Shown: positions 8,278-18,315, numbered from the stretch's first letter. The stretch: DNA of 64,000 bases from an uncultured delta proteobacterium (GCA_963796685.1 CAWCMR010000018.1:29288-93287), one strand, 5' to 3'. Program-made: numbers and translations. The notes: generated by a model from the letters alone, not told the origin.

Positions 8278-10362
8278 ATGACAACGTTTGCCGAGCTGGG
8301 GCTGCCCCCGGCACTTTCAGAGGCCATCGCCGCGCGTGGCTACGTGGACGCGATGCCGGTGCAGGTGGCGGTGCTGGACGAGGCCCATCGCGATCGCGAT
8401 CTCTTGGTTTCCTCGCAGACCGGTTCGGGCAAGACCCTGGCCTTCGGGACGCTGCTGGCACGCACGCTGGTGCCCGTTCCCGAACCGGCGGGGAAGGTCG
8501 AGTCCGCGGGCGCCGCACCGCTTGCCAGCGCACCCAAGAAGGCCGCCGCGTACAAGCCGGCGGGCCGTCTGCCCTCGGGGCTGGTCATCGCGCCGACGCG
8601 CGAGCTCGCCAATCAGGTACGGACCGAGCTGGCCTGGCTCTTCGCGCGGGCCAAGATCCACGTGGCCGCGTTCACGGGCGGCAGCGATCTGCGCCAGGAT
8701 CTCAAGAAGCTTCACGCGGGGGTGGACATCGTCGTGGGTACCCCTGGGCGACTCGTCGATCTCCTCTCGCGCGGGGCTTTGCATCTCGAAGCGGTGCAGA
8801 CCGCCGTGCTCGACGAAGCCGACGAAATGCTCGACATGGGTTTCCACGAGGACCTGGAGACCCTGCTGGGCGCGGCCACGGCGCGCACGCGGACGCACAT
8901 GTTTTCCGCGACCCTGCCCAAGCCGATCTTGTCCCTGGCGGCCAACTACCAGAAGCACGCCGTTCGTCTGGACGCGCACAAGCTGGGCGAATCGACCGAC
9001 GGCAGCCACGAGGACATCCGCCACGTCACGCACCTCATCGCCATCGGGGATCGCACGGCAGCGGTGATCAATGTGCTTCGCCAGAACGCCGATCAGCGCG
9101 CCATCGTCTTCGGCACGACCCGCGACGGCGTGGCCGATCTGCACCGCGAGCTCGTACGCCAGGGGTTCCGCGCGGTGGTGTTGTCGGGGGATCGCGCCCA
9201 GGCCGAACGCAACCGCGCGCTCTCGGCCCTGCGCGAGGGCGAGGCCCAGGTCTTGGTGGCGACCAACGTGGCGGCGCGCGGCCTGGACCTGCCCGAGGTC
9301 GATCTCGTGGTGCACGCAGATCTTCCGCTCAACACCGAGGCGCTCACCCACCGCAGCGGCCGCACCGGCCGGGCCGGGCGCAAGGGCACGAGCGTGCTCA
9401 TCGCCAACCTGGCCGAGCGGCGCAAGGCCGAGCGCCTGCTCGCCGGCGCGCGCGTGACGTATACCTGGACCGCAGCGCCGGGGGCGGCCGAGATCGCCAG
9501 CGAGGGCGAGAAACGCCTGGAGGCGGCTTTGGTGGCGGCGGCGGAAGCGAGCCACGAGCCCTCCGCGGGCGTGCAGGCGGTGGCCGAGCAGCTCGGCAAG
9601 CACATCAAGAAGGATGCTCTCATCCATCTCCTCCTCGAGCGCGAGCTCTCCCGCGTCCCGAGGGGCGAGACGCTCAAACCCGTGGACCTGAAGGTGGTCG
9701 CGCGCGACGCCTTCCGCCCCACCGGGCCGCCGCCCGATCGCGAGGAGTTCTCGCGCGACGCCGTTCGCTTTCGCATCAACCTGGGAGCCGACAGCCGCGC
9801 CGAACCGGGCTGGCTGCTTCCCCTCATCTGTCGTCGCGGCGGTGTCACCCGGCGCGAGATCGGCGCCATTCGCGTGGTGTCCGCCGGCTTCAGCGAGTTC
9901 GAGATTGCCGGTCCCGCCGCGAGCGACTTCGCCTTGGCAGCCTCGCAGTCCGATCCACGCGCTCCCCACGTTCGCATCGAGCGCGTGCAGGGATTTTCGG
10001 GCGCCCCGTCAGCAGCTCACACCCGTCGCCGCCCCTACGAAGACCGGCCTCGTCCCTATCCGCCGCGCAAGCTCGACGGACCCCCGCTGCCAAGCCGCGC
10101 GCCACGTCCTGCCGACATCCGTCCATCGGAAACGCCCCGCCGTGCTCCCCATCCCGGCGATTTCCGCCGGTCCGAGGCGCCCCTGTTCGCGCCTCGTTCG
10201 CGGGACGGACACGCGCCTTGGCAAGGCAAGAAGAACCCGGGTCGTAAGCCGGCACCCTGGGAGGGCTCTCCTTCCGTCCCGCGTTTTGGCCGAGCCGGGC
10301 AAAGCTCGCCTCCACCATCTCGACTTGGTAAGAAGCCGTTCGGCAAGAAGCCCCCAGGCTGA
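8278..10362 (+). CDS. DEAD-box RNA helicase with DbpA-type RNA-binding domain (DeaD/CsdA-like)
   Basis: Q motif, QTGSGKT, PTRELA, DEAD, SAT, ARGLD, HRSGRTGR; WLLPLICRRG domain; Pro/Arg-rich tail. Confidence 0.93.
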   Translation: MTTFAELGLPPALSEAIAARGYVDAMPVQVAVLDEAHRDRDLLVSSQTGSGKTLAFGTLLARTLVPVPEPAGKVESAGAAPLASAPKKAAAYKPAGRLPSGLVIAPTRELANQVRTELAWLFARAKIHVAAFTGGSDLRQDLKKLHAGVDIVVGTPGRLVDLLSRGALHLEAVQTAVLDEADEMLDMGFHEDLETLLGAATARTRTHMFSATLPKPILSLAANYQKHAVRLDAHKLGESTDGSHEDIRHVTHLIAIGDRTAAVINVLRQNADQRAIVFGTTRDGVADLHRELVRQGFRAVVLSGDRAQAERNRALSALREGEAQVLVATNVAARGLDLPEVDLVVHADLPLNTEALTHRSGRTGRAGRKGTSVLIANLAERRKAERLLAGARVTYTWTAAPGAAEIASEGEKRLEAALVAAAEASHEPSAGVQAVAEQLGKHIKKDALIHLLLERELSRVPRGETLKPVDLKVVARDAFRPTGPPPDREEFSRDAVRFRINLGADSRAEPGWLLPLICRRGGVTRREIGAIRVVSAGFSEFEIAGPAASDFALAASQSDPRAPHVRIERVQGFSGAPSAAHTRRRPYEDRPRPYPPRKLDGPPLPSRAPRPADIRPSETPRRAPHPGDFRRSEAPLFAPRSRDGHAPWQGKKNPGRKPAPWEGSPSVPRFGRAGQSSPPPSRLGKKPFGKKPPG

Positions 10363-10452
10363 CGGAGAGCCCTGGGAGCTCGCGGGGCGGGCCACGCTGG
10401 AGGGCCCCCAGAAAATCTGTCTCGATCGGTCGCGGCCCGGTATGCTTGTGAA

Positions 10453-10863
10453 ATGGCAGCGCAGACGTCCATCGATGTGGCCGCGCTGGCCCGGATTTGC
10501 GCGGGCCATTCGGGCATACGTCTGGTCGTGCTGTTCGGATCCGTCGCCCGTGGTGGGGCCAGGGCCGATAGCGACGTGGACGTGGCGGTGCTGGGGGGCG
10601 AGTTTTGGGATCAGCTCGATCTCGGCAACGAGATGGCCGCTTTGCTGGCGCGCGAGCCTCACGTGGTGGAGATGGGGGGCATCTCTGATTGGCTGCGCTT
10701 CCAGATCGCGCACGACGGAGTCTTGGTCTACGAAGCTGCGCCCGGCCTGTGGACCCGATTCAAGGCGCAGGCCATGGTTCTCTATTGGGATCTTGCCCCA
10801 ACCATCGCACTTTGCTCGGCCGGGGTGAAACGCCGCCTGGTGCGCGAGGCCCGGCATGGGTGA
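10453..10863 (+). CDS. Minimal nucleotidyltransferase (MntA-type antitoxin)
   Basis: LFGSVARG..DSDVDVAV motif; 136 aa. Confidence 0.88.
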   Translation: MAAQTSIDVAALARICAGHSGIRLVVLFGSVARGGARADSDVDVAVLGGEFWDQLDLGNEMAALLAREPHVVEMGGISDWLRFQIAHDGVLVYEAAPGLWTRFKAQAMVLYWDLAPTIALCSAGVKRRLVREARHG

Positions 10864-10959
10864 TTTTTGGTGCGTGAGCTCCCGACTGGCCTGGACGATG
10901 TTCGCCACTTTCTCGACGAAATCGTTCTGGCATCCGCGAAGGCTGAGCTGCTGCGTTGA
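10856..10959 (+). pseudogene. Probable remnant of HepT/DUF86 toxin
   Basis: ATG 10856 overlaps the MNT stop. It is followed, out of frame, by LVRELPTGLDDVRHFLDEIV, which resembles a DUF86 terminal helix. No Rx4H core is present. Confidence 0.45.
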
Positions 10960-10972
10960 GTCGGCTCTTGCG

Positions 10973-12415
10973 CTACCTGGTGATTGCCAGACCGACGTTC
11001 ACGTCCGCTTCGACCATGAAGTCGGGTAAGCCGGCGAGCAGGTCGAGTGCGCCATACAAGCGGAAGGCATCGTTCAGTTTGTAAGTGATGCCCGTGCCGA
11101 CGCCCGCCAGGCCGATCCCGCCCAGCACGGTGTCCTTGCACGTGGTCGCGGCGCCGCACCCCGTGAGGTTCGCGCTGACCGGTGTCTGGACGCTTTGTCG
11201 GATCTGACCGGCGCCGCCCTGCACGGAGAGGAAGGGCTGCAACCTGCGCTCCTTGTCGCCCAGGAGTCGGGTTGCCTTGACCAGTCCGGCGAAGGCCATG
11301 CGGGCCGGGTGGTAGGTCTTCTGTCCGATGTGAACGTCTTGCGCACCCGTCACGAATTGGAATCGCCCCTGCGCAGAGAGGATCCAGTGGTCGTCGTGAA
11401 AGTATCCGATCTCGGGGGCAAGGTGCAAAAGTCGTGCGACCCCGAAACCCGAGACGTGGATGGCCTGCGGCGGCGTGCTGGTGTCCTCGGGATTCATCTC
11501 CGGCGCCCCTGAAAAGTAGCCGCCGCCGCTTCCTACCGCCAGAACGAACCACAACCCCGCACCACCGGATGCTTCACGGTCATGCCTCGCCCCTTTGGGC
11601 TCTGTCGAGGCGTAGGCCACGAGCACGATGCGATGGGGATCTTCAGGCGTCCCGCTGTGCGCTAGGGCTTGGTCGTCGGCGTTTTGGGCTTCGATGTAGT
11701 ACGACACCTCCCTGCCCCGGGTCGCCGCGGAGGGGATTCGGGCTTCGAACCAGCTTGCCGCGTTCTCGACGGGAAGCATGTCTCGGGCAAGAAATTCGTC
11801 GCCATTCTCCGCCCGATAAGCCAGCACGATCTTGGCGGCGCCGAGGCCTGGCGGAACCTGGGCCTTGATGGCGATGGCTTGATTGCGCATGGCCTCGGTC
11901 ACGACCGGATGGTTGATTTCATAGCCCACGGCTTCGGCGGACAAGCTCCGCGCGGATGGCTCTTGGCCGGTGGGGAAGGGGAGTGGCTTGGCCCCGACGT
12001 GGGGCTTGGCGGAAGTGGCCTGCGCTTCGGCGAAAGCAGCCTGCACCTCGGGATTGACGAGCGACTTGGCGATCCTGATCTTGGGGTCGATGGCGAGAGC
12101 ACGGCGGAACTCGGTCAATCCGCGCTCGCGGTTCTTGAGGCCGCTGACGTAGACCACGCCCAGGAGAATGTGGGTGCGCGCCGCGGTCGGGTGGTCGTCG
12201 AGATGCGCGTTCTTGCACAGGTCCAGCGCTTTGGTGAGCAGCGCCGCCGCGCCTTCCATGTCCAGCGACTCGTAGAGGGCCAGGGCCTTCTTGTTCATCT
12301 CGACGACGTTGTTGAGGGCTTCGTCGTCCTTTTCGGTGGCTCGCGCGGCGCCCGCCAGGGCGAGCACGAGGCCGGCTATGGCCGCATGCCGGAAACCAAC
12401 GCGCCTGGACAGCAT
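10973..12415 (-). CDS. Secreted TPR protein with C-terminal beta-barrel-like domain
   Basis: Signal peptide, TPR (AARTHILLGVVY..EFRRALAIDP), an Ig-like middle, then alternating beta-strands to the C-terminus. Confidence 0.7.
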   Translation of the reverse strand: MLSRRVGFRHAAIAGLVLALAGAARATEKDDEALNNVVEMNKKALALYESLDMEGAAALLTKALDLCKNAHLDDHPTAARTHILLGVVYVSGLKNRERGLTEFRRALAIDPKIRIAKSLVNPEVQAAFAEAQATSAKPHVGAKPLPFPTGQEPSARSLSAEAVGYEINHPVVTEAMRNQAIAIKAQVPPGLGAAKIVLAYRAENGDEFLARDMLPVENAASWFEARIPSAATRGREVSYYIEAQNADDQALAHSGTPEDPHRIVLVAYASTEPKGARHDREASGGAGLWFVLAVGSGGGYFSGAPEMNPEDTSTPPQAIHVSGFGVARLLHLAPEIGYFHDDHWILSAQGRFQFVTGAQDVHIGQKTYHPARMAFAGLVKATRLLGDKERRLQPFLSVQGGAGQIRQSVQTPVSANLTGCGAATTCKDTVLGGIGLAGVGTGITYKLNDAFRLYGALDLLAGLPDFMVEADVNVGLAITR

Positions 12416-12431
12416 GGGCTGGAGCCCCGGA

Positions 12432-13031
12432 CTAGCTGCCGCCCCCGCCGCCACGTCGCAGCTCGGTCAGGACCGCCTTGGCGATGGCCTTCAGGGTCTC
12501 GAAAACCCCGACGCCAGTGGTGGCGCAGGCCTCGAACTCGGGCGCGTGCGTCGGGTTGAGCAGCTGGCGCAGCTCATCCAGGGGCGCGGCATTGGGCAAG
12601 TCGCGCTTGTTGTACTGGATGATGTAGGGGAGCTTGTCGAGATTGTAGCCCTGCTCGGTCAGGTTCAAGCGCAGGTTCTCGAGCGACTCCATGTTGGCCT
12701 CCATACGCTCGTTCTGCGAGTCGGCCACGAAGACCACGCCGTCGACGCCCTTCAAGATCAACTTGCGGCTGGCGTCGTAGAAGACCTGGCCGGGCACGGT
12801 GTAGAGGTGGAAGCGCGTCTTGAAACCGCGGATCTCGCCCAGCGACAGCGGCAGGAAATCGAAGAACAGCGTGCGCTCGGTCTCGGTGGCCAGCGAGATC
12901 ATCTTGCCCTTGGCCTCCGGACTGGTGCGCGCGTAGATGAACTGAAGGTTGGTGGTTTTTCCGCCAAGCCCGGGGCCGTAATAAACCAGCTTGCAGTTGA
13001 TTTCCCGGGAGGAGTAGTTGATGAAGCTCAT
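12432..13031 (-). CDS. mglA: Mutual gliding motility GTPase MglA
   Basis: [51 protein letters not shown]. Confidence 0.97.
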   Translation of the reverse strand: MSFINYSSREINCKLVYYGPGLGGKTTNLQFIYARTSPEAKGKMISLATETERTLFFDFLPLSLGEIRGFKTRFHLYTVPGQVFYDASRKLILKGVDGVVFVADSQNERMEANMESLENLRLNLTEQGYNLDKLPYIIQYNKRDLPNAAPLDELRQLLNPTHAPEFEACATTGVGVFETLKAIAKAVLTELRRGGGGGS

Positions 13032-13043
13032 CGACCAGGGCGC

Positions 13044-13523
13044 TCAATCATTGAAGAGTTTATCGATGTCCGCGTCGGTGATCTCGTTCAAGATCGAAGG
13101 TCCCGTCTGGCTTGCGGCCTTGCGCGTGACCTGCTCGAACAGTCGGGCCATCTCCTCGGTGGCCTTGCGGACGCGCAGGCGTACCAGGCCCAGCGACGAG
13201 CGCTCGTCGAAAAGCACGACCAGGATGGCTCGTCCGGCGACCAGGGTGATGTGCACGTGGGTCTTCTCGCCCTCGTGGAACTGGCTGGTGAAGTCCTTCT
13301 CGCGCAAGATCTTCGAGATCCCGCCGGTGGCGGCCACGTTGCCCGCGGTCAGGGAGGACAGCGAGGTGACGTCGATTTCACCGACCTCGCCGGCTTCGGC
13401 GATGGGCTGACCGTCGCGGCCGATGAGCAGCACGGCCTTGGCATTGGAATCCCGATGGAGCCGCTGGCAGACGCTGGCGATCAGCTTCTGCTCTTCGGGG
13501 AACATGACGTCTGGGCCACTCAT
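13044..13523 (-). CDS. mglB: MglB roadblock/LC7 GAP
   Basis: SLTAGNVAATGG, SSLGLVRLRV, EITDADIDKLF; directly upstream of mglA. Confidence 0.95.
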   Translation of the reverse strand: MSGPDVMFPEEQKLIASVCQRLHRDSNAKAVLLIGRDGQPIAEAGEVGEIDVTSLSSLTAGNVAATGGISKILREKDFTSQFHEGEKTHVHITLVAGRAILVVLFDERSSLGLVRLRVRKATEEMARLFEQVTRKAASQTGPSILNEITDADIDKLFND

Positions 13524-13836
13524 CTCGCTTCCATTTCTGCGTAGAACAAAAAGAACCGACCTGAAGGCACCTCGTCCCGCGTAGCGCGGAGAGAGCGCCG
13601 AGCGCGGCGTGGCGGGTGAGGGGCTTGACTCTCGCGATGGGCCGCGGCCGTCGCGCTGGGGGTGGGCTGGGCTAGCATCGGTGGGCCGCGGCTTCCAGGT
13701 TGTGGTGAGGCGTTGAATTCAAGGGGGGCTCTCTCAAGTCCGGTAGCTTAACAGCTTTTCGCAGGTCGCACACGACCGCGATGAAGAGGAACGTCAGGAA
13801 CTCGTGATGGCTTTACGACGCATGCGGACAGAAAAA

Positions 13837-14434
13837 CTAGAGCCTCTCGGCGGCCATCGATGGCCCGCGCCAGGGTCAGACGGTCGGCGTACTCGAGCTC
13901 GCCACCCATGGGAACGCCCGTGGCGATGCGACTCGTGCGCACGCCGAGGGGGCGGAGCAACTTGGCCAGGTAGATGGCCGTGGTTTCTCCCTCCACGCTC
14001 GGATTGGTGGCCACGATGACCTCACCCACGTCGCTGCCACCGCAACGTTTGACGAGCTCGGCGATGCGCAGATCGTCGGGACCGATGCCTTCCAGGGGCG
14101 AGAGCACCCCGTGCAGGACATGGTAAAGGCCGCGGTAGCCGCCTGTGCGCTCGATGGCCAGGACATCCTGTGGGTGCGCCACGACGCACAGAAGGCCGTG
14201 GTCGCGCCGCTGGTCGCGGCAGATGGCGCAGGGATCGTCCTCGGTGAAGTCCCAGCACTGCCCGCACAAGCGGATCTTCGCCCTCAGCTCCGAGATGGCG
14301 CTGGCCAGGGCGGCGGCGTCTGCTTCCGGGGCACGCAGGATGTGGAAGGCCAGGCGCGCCGCGGTCTTTTCGCCCACGCCGGGCAGCTTGCCTAGCTCGC
14401 ACACGAGGCGCGCGATGGGACCTGCAGTGCTCAT
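13837..14434 (-). CDS. recR: Recombination mediator RecR (apparent +1 error near the 3' end)
   Basis: LPGVGEKTAARLAF, C4 zinc finger, Toprim EGETTA, GVPMGGELEY. Removing one C at 13843/4 (GAGCCTC->GAGCTC) gives a normal ..GRREL* end at 198 aa. Confidence 0.93.
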
Positions 14435-14455
14435 GCTCAAATCCTGCCCGACGAA

Positions 14456-14785
14456 CTATCCCCCCAAAAGTCCGCTGGGCATGGGAAAGCCGGCGGTGGC
14501 CTGCGCGATTTGTTCCTGGGCCAAGCTGTGCGCGCGCGCGATGGCGATGTTGACCGCGCCGACAACCAGATCCTCGATCATCTTCACCTCGCCCGCCGCC
14601 ACCAATGCCGGATCGATGGCGACGGCGGTAAGCTCGCCCCGGCCGTTGGCCGTGACCTTGACCATGCCGCCGCCGGTTTCGCCGGTGACGGATTCTTCGC
14701 CAAGCTGCGTTTTCACCTTTTCCACCTCAACGCGCAAGCGTTGCCAGGTGTCAATCAGGCCGGCCAGATCCGCTCCTTCGGTCAT
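14456..14785 (-). CDS. ybaB: YbaB/EbfC nucleoid-associated protein
   Basis: GETGGGMVKVTANG, MIEDLVVGAVN; lies between dnaX and recR. Confidence 0.92.
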   Translation of the reverse strand: MTEGADLAGLIDTWQRLRVEVEKVKTQLGEESVTGETGGGMVKVTANGRGELTAVAIDPALVAAGEVKMIEDLVVGAVNIAIARAHSLAQEQIAQATAGFPMPSGLLGG

Positions 14786-16503
14786 TGCGTTTTGATCTCC
14801 TTGGGCGCGGTGCCGAAGAGCTCCTGGGCCTTGCGCACCATGGGGTGTTGGCGTGCCTCGCTTTCGCGCAGGTGCTGTTCGGCTCTGGCGGCCTCCGCCT
14901 CGCGGCCCACCTCGGAACGCACCAGCGACTTTCCCGACTGCGCCGTGCCGAGCTCCAGCGAAACGTGCGTAGGCGATCCGGTGATCTGCGAGAGCACGCG
15001 CTCGATCTCGACCCTGCTCTTCGCGGTCTGATCGAGGGCGAATTTCTGGTCGAAGAGCAGCGTGACCTGGCCGCCTTCCCACGAAGCGACCTCGGCGTGG
15101 TCGAGCGCCGCCGCGATGGACGGCCGGTGGCCGAAGGACTCGCACACCCGGCGCCACACCCCGGCGATGTCGGACTCGGGCGAGCCGCGTTCGATGGGCT
15201 TGGCCATGGCAGGTGCCTGGGTGCCTGCGCCGGCAGGCACGGGCGATGCGACCGCGGGGGCAGGGGACGGAGCTGCGGGCGGCGCGGGCACCACGGCCAG
15301 ACGCGGGCGCGGGCTCGAGCCGTGCGGGGCCGGGGGCGCACCGGCGGCGCCGCCCGCGAGCCGCGCTTCCAGCTTGCCCAGCCGATCGAGCAGGTCGCCG
15401 AGGGGCAAGAGCGGCTCGGCGAAGCACAGATCGACAAGGGCCATCTCGACGATCAGGCGCGGCGTTTGGGAACGCGCGGCTTCCTCGACGGCGCGGGCCC
15501 AGCGTTCGAAGAGCGCGGTCACCAGTCCACGGGGCGCCTTTTGCGCGAGCTGCTTGGCCTCGGCGATCTCTTCGGGCGTGGCATCGATGAGCTCCGCCGC
15601 ATCGGGCACCAGCGACACGATCTCGAGATCGTGCAGCAGGCCGAGGAAGCTGCGCGCGAGCTGGACCAGATCCACGCCGCGATCCACCGCCGCCGCCAGC
15701 GCGCGCAGGGCCTGCGCGACGTCGTGTTCCAGCACCGTGCCGGCCAGTTGGAAGAGCAAGGTGCGATCCGCGACGCCCAGCACCTCGGCGACGCGCTCGC
15801 GCGTGATCTTGTCCTTGCCCACGTAGGCCAGCACTTGGTCGAGCAGGGACAGTCCGTCGCGCACCGAGCCGGCGGCTTCGCGGGCCAGCAAGCGTACGGC
15901 ATCGGGCTCGCTGTCGATGTTCTCCTTGACCAGGATCTGCGCGAGATGCGCCGCCAGCGCGTGGGTGGACAGCAATTTGAAATCGTAGCGCTGGCAGCGC
16001 GAGAGGATGGTGGCCGGGATCTTGTGCGACTCGGTGGTGGCGAAGATGAACACCACATGGGGCGGTGGCTCTTCCAGCGTCTTGAGCAGCGCATTGAAGG
16101 CGCTGGTCGAGAGCATGTGGACCTCGTCGATGATGTAGACCTTCTTGCGCGCCTCGGCCGGCAGGTAGCGCACGCCCTCGCGCAGGGTGCGCACGTCGTC
16201 CACGCCGGTATTGGAGGCGCCGTCGATCTCCAACACGTCCACCGATTGTCCGCTGGCGATGGATTGGCAGATGGCGCACTCGCCGCAAGGATTGGCGATG
16301 GGGCCCTTTTCGCAGCACAGGGCCTTGGCCAGGATGCGGGCGGCGCTGGTTTTGCCGATGCCGCGCGCCCCGGTGAACAGGAAGGCGTGGTGCACGCGGC
16401 CGAGCTCGATGGCGTTGGTCAGGGTGCGCGCCACGTGCTCCTGACCGGCCAGGTCGTCGAAGCGCTGCGGACGGTATTTGCGGGCAAGGACCAGGTACGA
16501 CAC
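14782..16503 (-). CDS. dnaX: DNA polymerase III subunit gamma/tau
   Basis: YLVLARKYRPQ, GARGIGKTS, IDEVHML, FNALLKTLEEPP, SRC; GTG start at 16503. Confidence 0.96.
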   Translation of the reverse strand: MSYLVLARKYRPQRFDDLAGQEHVARTLTNAIELGRVHHAFLFTGARGIGKTSAARILAKALCCEKGPIANPCGECAICQSIASGQSVDVLEIDGASNTGVDDVRTLREGVRYLPAEARKKVYIIDEVHMLSTSAFNALLKTLEEPPPHVVFIFATTESHKIPATILSRCQRYDFKLLSTHALAAHLAQILVKENIDSEPDAVRLLAREAAGSVRDGLSLLDQVLAYVGKDKITRERVAEVLGVADRTLLFQLAGTVLEHDVAQALRALAAAVDRGVDLVQLARSFLGLLHDLEIVSLVPDAAELIDATPEEIAEAKQLAQKAPRGLVTALFERWARAVEEAARSQTPRLIVEMALVDLCFAEPLLPLGDLLDRLGKLEARLAGGAAGAPPAPHGSSPRPRLAVVPAPPAAPSPAPAVASPVPAGAGTQAPAMAKPIERGSPESDIAGVWRRVCESFGHRPSIAAALDHAEVASWEGGQVTLLFDQKFALDQTAKSRVEIERVLSQITGSPTHVSLELGTAQSGKSLVRSEVGREAEAARAEQHLRESEARQHPMVRKAQELFGTAPKEIKTQ

Positions 16504-16589
16504 GCCGGCATCATGGGGAGGATGCCGGGGGGCCGTCAACAGGCTTTCGGCACCTTTCCAGGGTTTGACGCCAATCTCGCCTTTTGGGC

Positions 16590-16617
16590 TCAAGATTCGG
16601 ACCGAACCCGTCGCAGT
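16590..16617 (+). promoter_or_regulatory. Possible sigma-28-type promoter for cheX-RR
   Basis: TCAA-N16-GTCGCAGT; the -10 box is a weak match. Confidence 0.35.
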
Positions 16618-16687
16618 AATGGTTGCCCATGAACCGGTGTCTTGCGCGGTCGCGACTTGTCGCGGCGGATCCAGGAGAGGAACGACG

Positions 16688-17158
16688 ATGAAGCCCATGC
16701 CCAAGGCCGAGCGCTTGGCCGCTCTGGTTTCCAACGTCACAGAGACCATGCTGGGGCTCTCGTTCGCGCCGGCCGAGAACAGGCCCGCGCACCCGTCCCT
16801 GAACTGGCGAACCGCCATCATGCTGGTGGATGGCCCGCGTCCCGTGAGCGTGGGTCTCTCCTCCGACGAAGGCGGTTGTGTGAAGCTGGCGGCGGCCATG
16901 TTCGGCTGCAAGACCGAGGGGGTCGACGTGGGCATGGTCAACGACGCGCTCCGCGAGCTGGTCAACATGACCGCGGGGCTTCTCAAGCGCGAGATGGCGC
17001 TCGACCAGGCCCTGACCGTGCCCGCCATCGTCGACGACAAGGAGTCTCTGGCCGAGATCGCACGCCAGCACCCGGCGCTCGTGCTCATCGCGCGCGAGGT
17101 CGGGATCGCCCTGTGGGCTTGCGACGGCCTTCTCAAGTGGAGCGTGAAGGCCGCCTAG
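16688..17158 (+). CDS. cheX: CheX-family phosphatase
   Basis: DALRELVNMTAG (ExxN motif); SD GGAGAGG upstream. Confidence 0.8.
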   Translation: MKPMPKAERLAALVSNVTETMLGLSFAPAENRPAHPSLNWRTAIMLVDGPRPVSVGLSSDEGGCVKLAAAMFGCKTEGVDVGMVNDALRELVNMTAGLLKREMALDQALTVPAIVDDKESLAEIARQHPALVLIAREVGIALWACDGLLKWSVKAA

Positions 17159-17184
17159 ATGGCCCGAGACAAGGAGCAAGTCAC

Positions 17185-18315
17185 ATGCCACGTATTTTGA
17201 CGGTAGACGATAGCCGGCCCATTCGCATGATCGTTTCCAAGGCCCTGGTCGAGATGGGCTTCGAGGTGGGAGAGGCCGAGGACGGCAACGACGGCCTCAA
17301 GAAACTGCAAGAAGGGGCCTACGACCTGGTGGTCCTGGACGTCACCATGCCGAACCTGGACGGACCGGGCATGTTGGCCAAGATGCGCGAAGTGGGCGAC
17401 AAGACGCCCGTGCTCATGCTGACGTCCGAATCGAAGACGTCCATCGTGGCCGCGCTGATGAAGCTCGGCATCCAGGACTACGTGCTCAAGCCCTTCAAGG
17501 GCGACGAGCTACGCGGCAAGGTGCTCAAGGCTCTCAAGTTGCCGGCCAACTACGTGGCCCAGAACGGCGGCGCGACGGCCGGCGCGGCCGAGACGGGCGA
17601 CGGCAAGCTGACCATCCTGGTCATCGACGACATGGAGAACGTGCACAAGAAGCTGCGCTCCATGATTCCCGAGGCCGTCGGGCTGGAGACGGCGCTGACA
17701 GTGCAAGATGGTCTGAACGCCGTTCGCAACAAGAAAGTCAAGGCCATCCTGGTCGACGCCGAGATTCAGGCCGGCGGCCCCGCGCCCGTGGTCAAGCAAT
17801 TGCGCCTGCTGCAACCCGGGGCGGGCATCTGGGGCATGGCCCTGCGCAGCGCCAACAACGTGGCCAAGGAGATGCGCGATCTCGGCTTCGACGATGCCTT
17901 GCTCAAGCCCTTCACCCAGGATGCCATCGACGCCTTGATCGAGCAGTACGCGGTCAAGAACGAAACCCTGTTCGTGGCCAAGGACGACCTCATCCAGATC
18001 ACGCCCTTCCTGGGCAAAGAAGACAGGCTCGAACGCTATTTCGTCAAACTTGCCGCGGACGTGAAGACCGTGGTGCAGAAGCTGGGCGAGGCGTGTTTCG
18101 AGAAGGCGGTCATCGACGCCATCAACCTTCCCCTGCAGCAGCCCGCGCGCGTGGCGCAATTCCTCGTCGACACCTTCAAAGTGGCCGGCGATCTAGGAAT
18201 TTCGGTGAAGGTGGTGGGTTCGCCCGAGCTGCCCAAGGCCATGCGCGGCTTCCAGGAGACCAAGGACCTGCGCTGCTTCACCACCGTGGACGAGGCGCGT
18301 GCGCAGGCGGCGTAG
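17185..18315 (+). CDS. Response regulator: REC-REC-STAS-like
   Basis: First REC canonical (VDD, LDVTMP, LTS, KPF). Second REC has IDD/VD/KPF. C-terminus is STAS-like (AVID..VKVVG..FTTVDEA). Confidence 0.8.
   Translation: MPRILTVDDSRPIRMIVSKALVEMGFEVGEAEDGNDGLKKLQEGAYDLVVLDVTMPNLDGPGMLAKMREVGDKTPVLMLTSESKTSIVAALMKLGIQDYVLKPFKGDELRGKVLKALKLPANYVAQNGGATAGAAETGDGKLTILVIDDMENVHKKLRSMIPEAVGLETALTVQDGLNAVRNKKVKAILVDAEIQAGGPAPVVKQLRLLQPGAGIWGMALRSANNVAKEMRDLGFDDALLKPFTQDAIDALIEQYAVKNETLFVAKDDLIQITPFLGKEDRLERYFVKLAADVKTVVQKLGEACFEKAVIDAINLPLQQPARVAQFLVDTFKVAGDLGISVKVVGSPELPKAMRGFQETKDLRCFTTVDEARAQAA

Noticed and set aside
13748-13836. 30-aa C-terminal extension of RecR
   Set aside because: Explained by one extra base at a GAGCTC site.
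14782-16503. Programmed -1 frameshift in dnaX
   Set aside because: No AAAAAAG slippery site or long A-run noticed.
16504-16687. SRP RNA or tRNA upstream of dnaX
   Set aside because: No recognisable SRP or cloverleaf motif.
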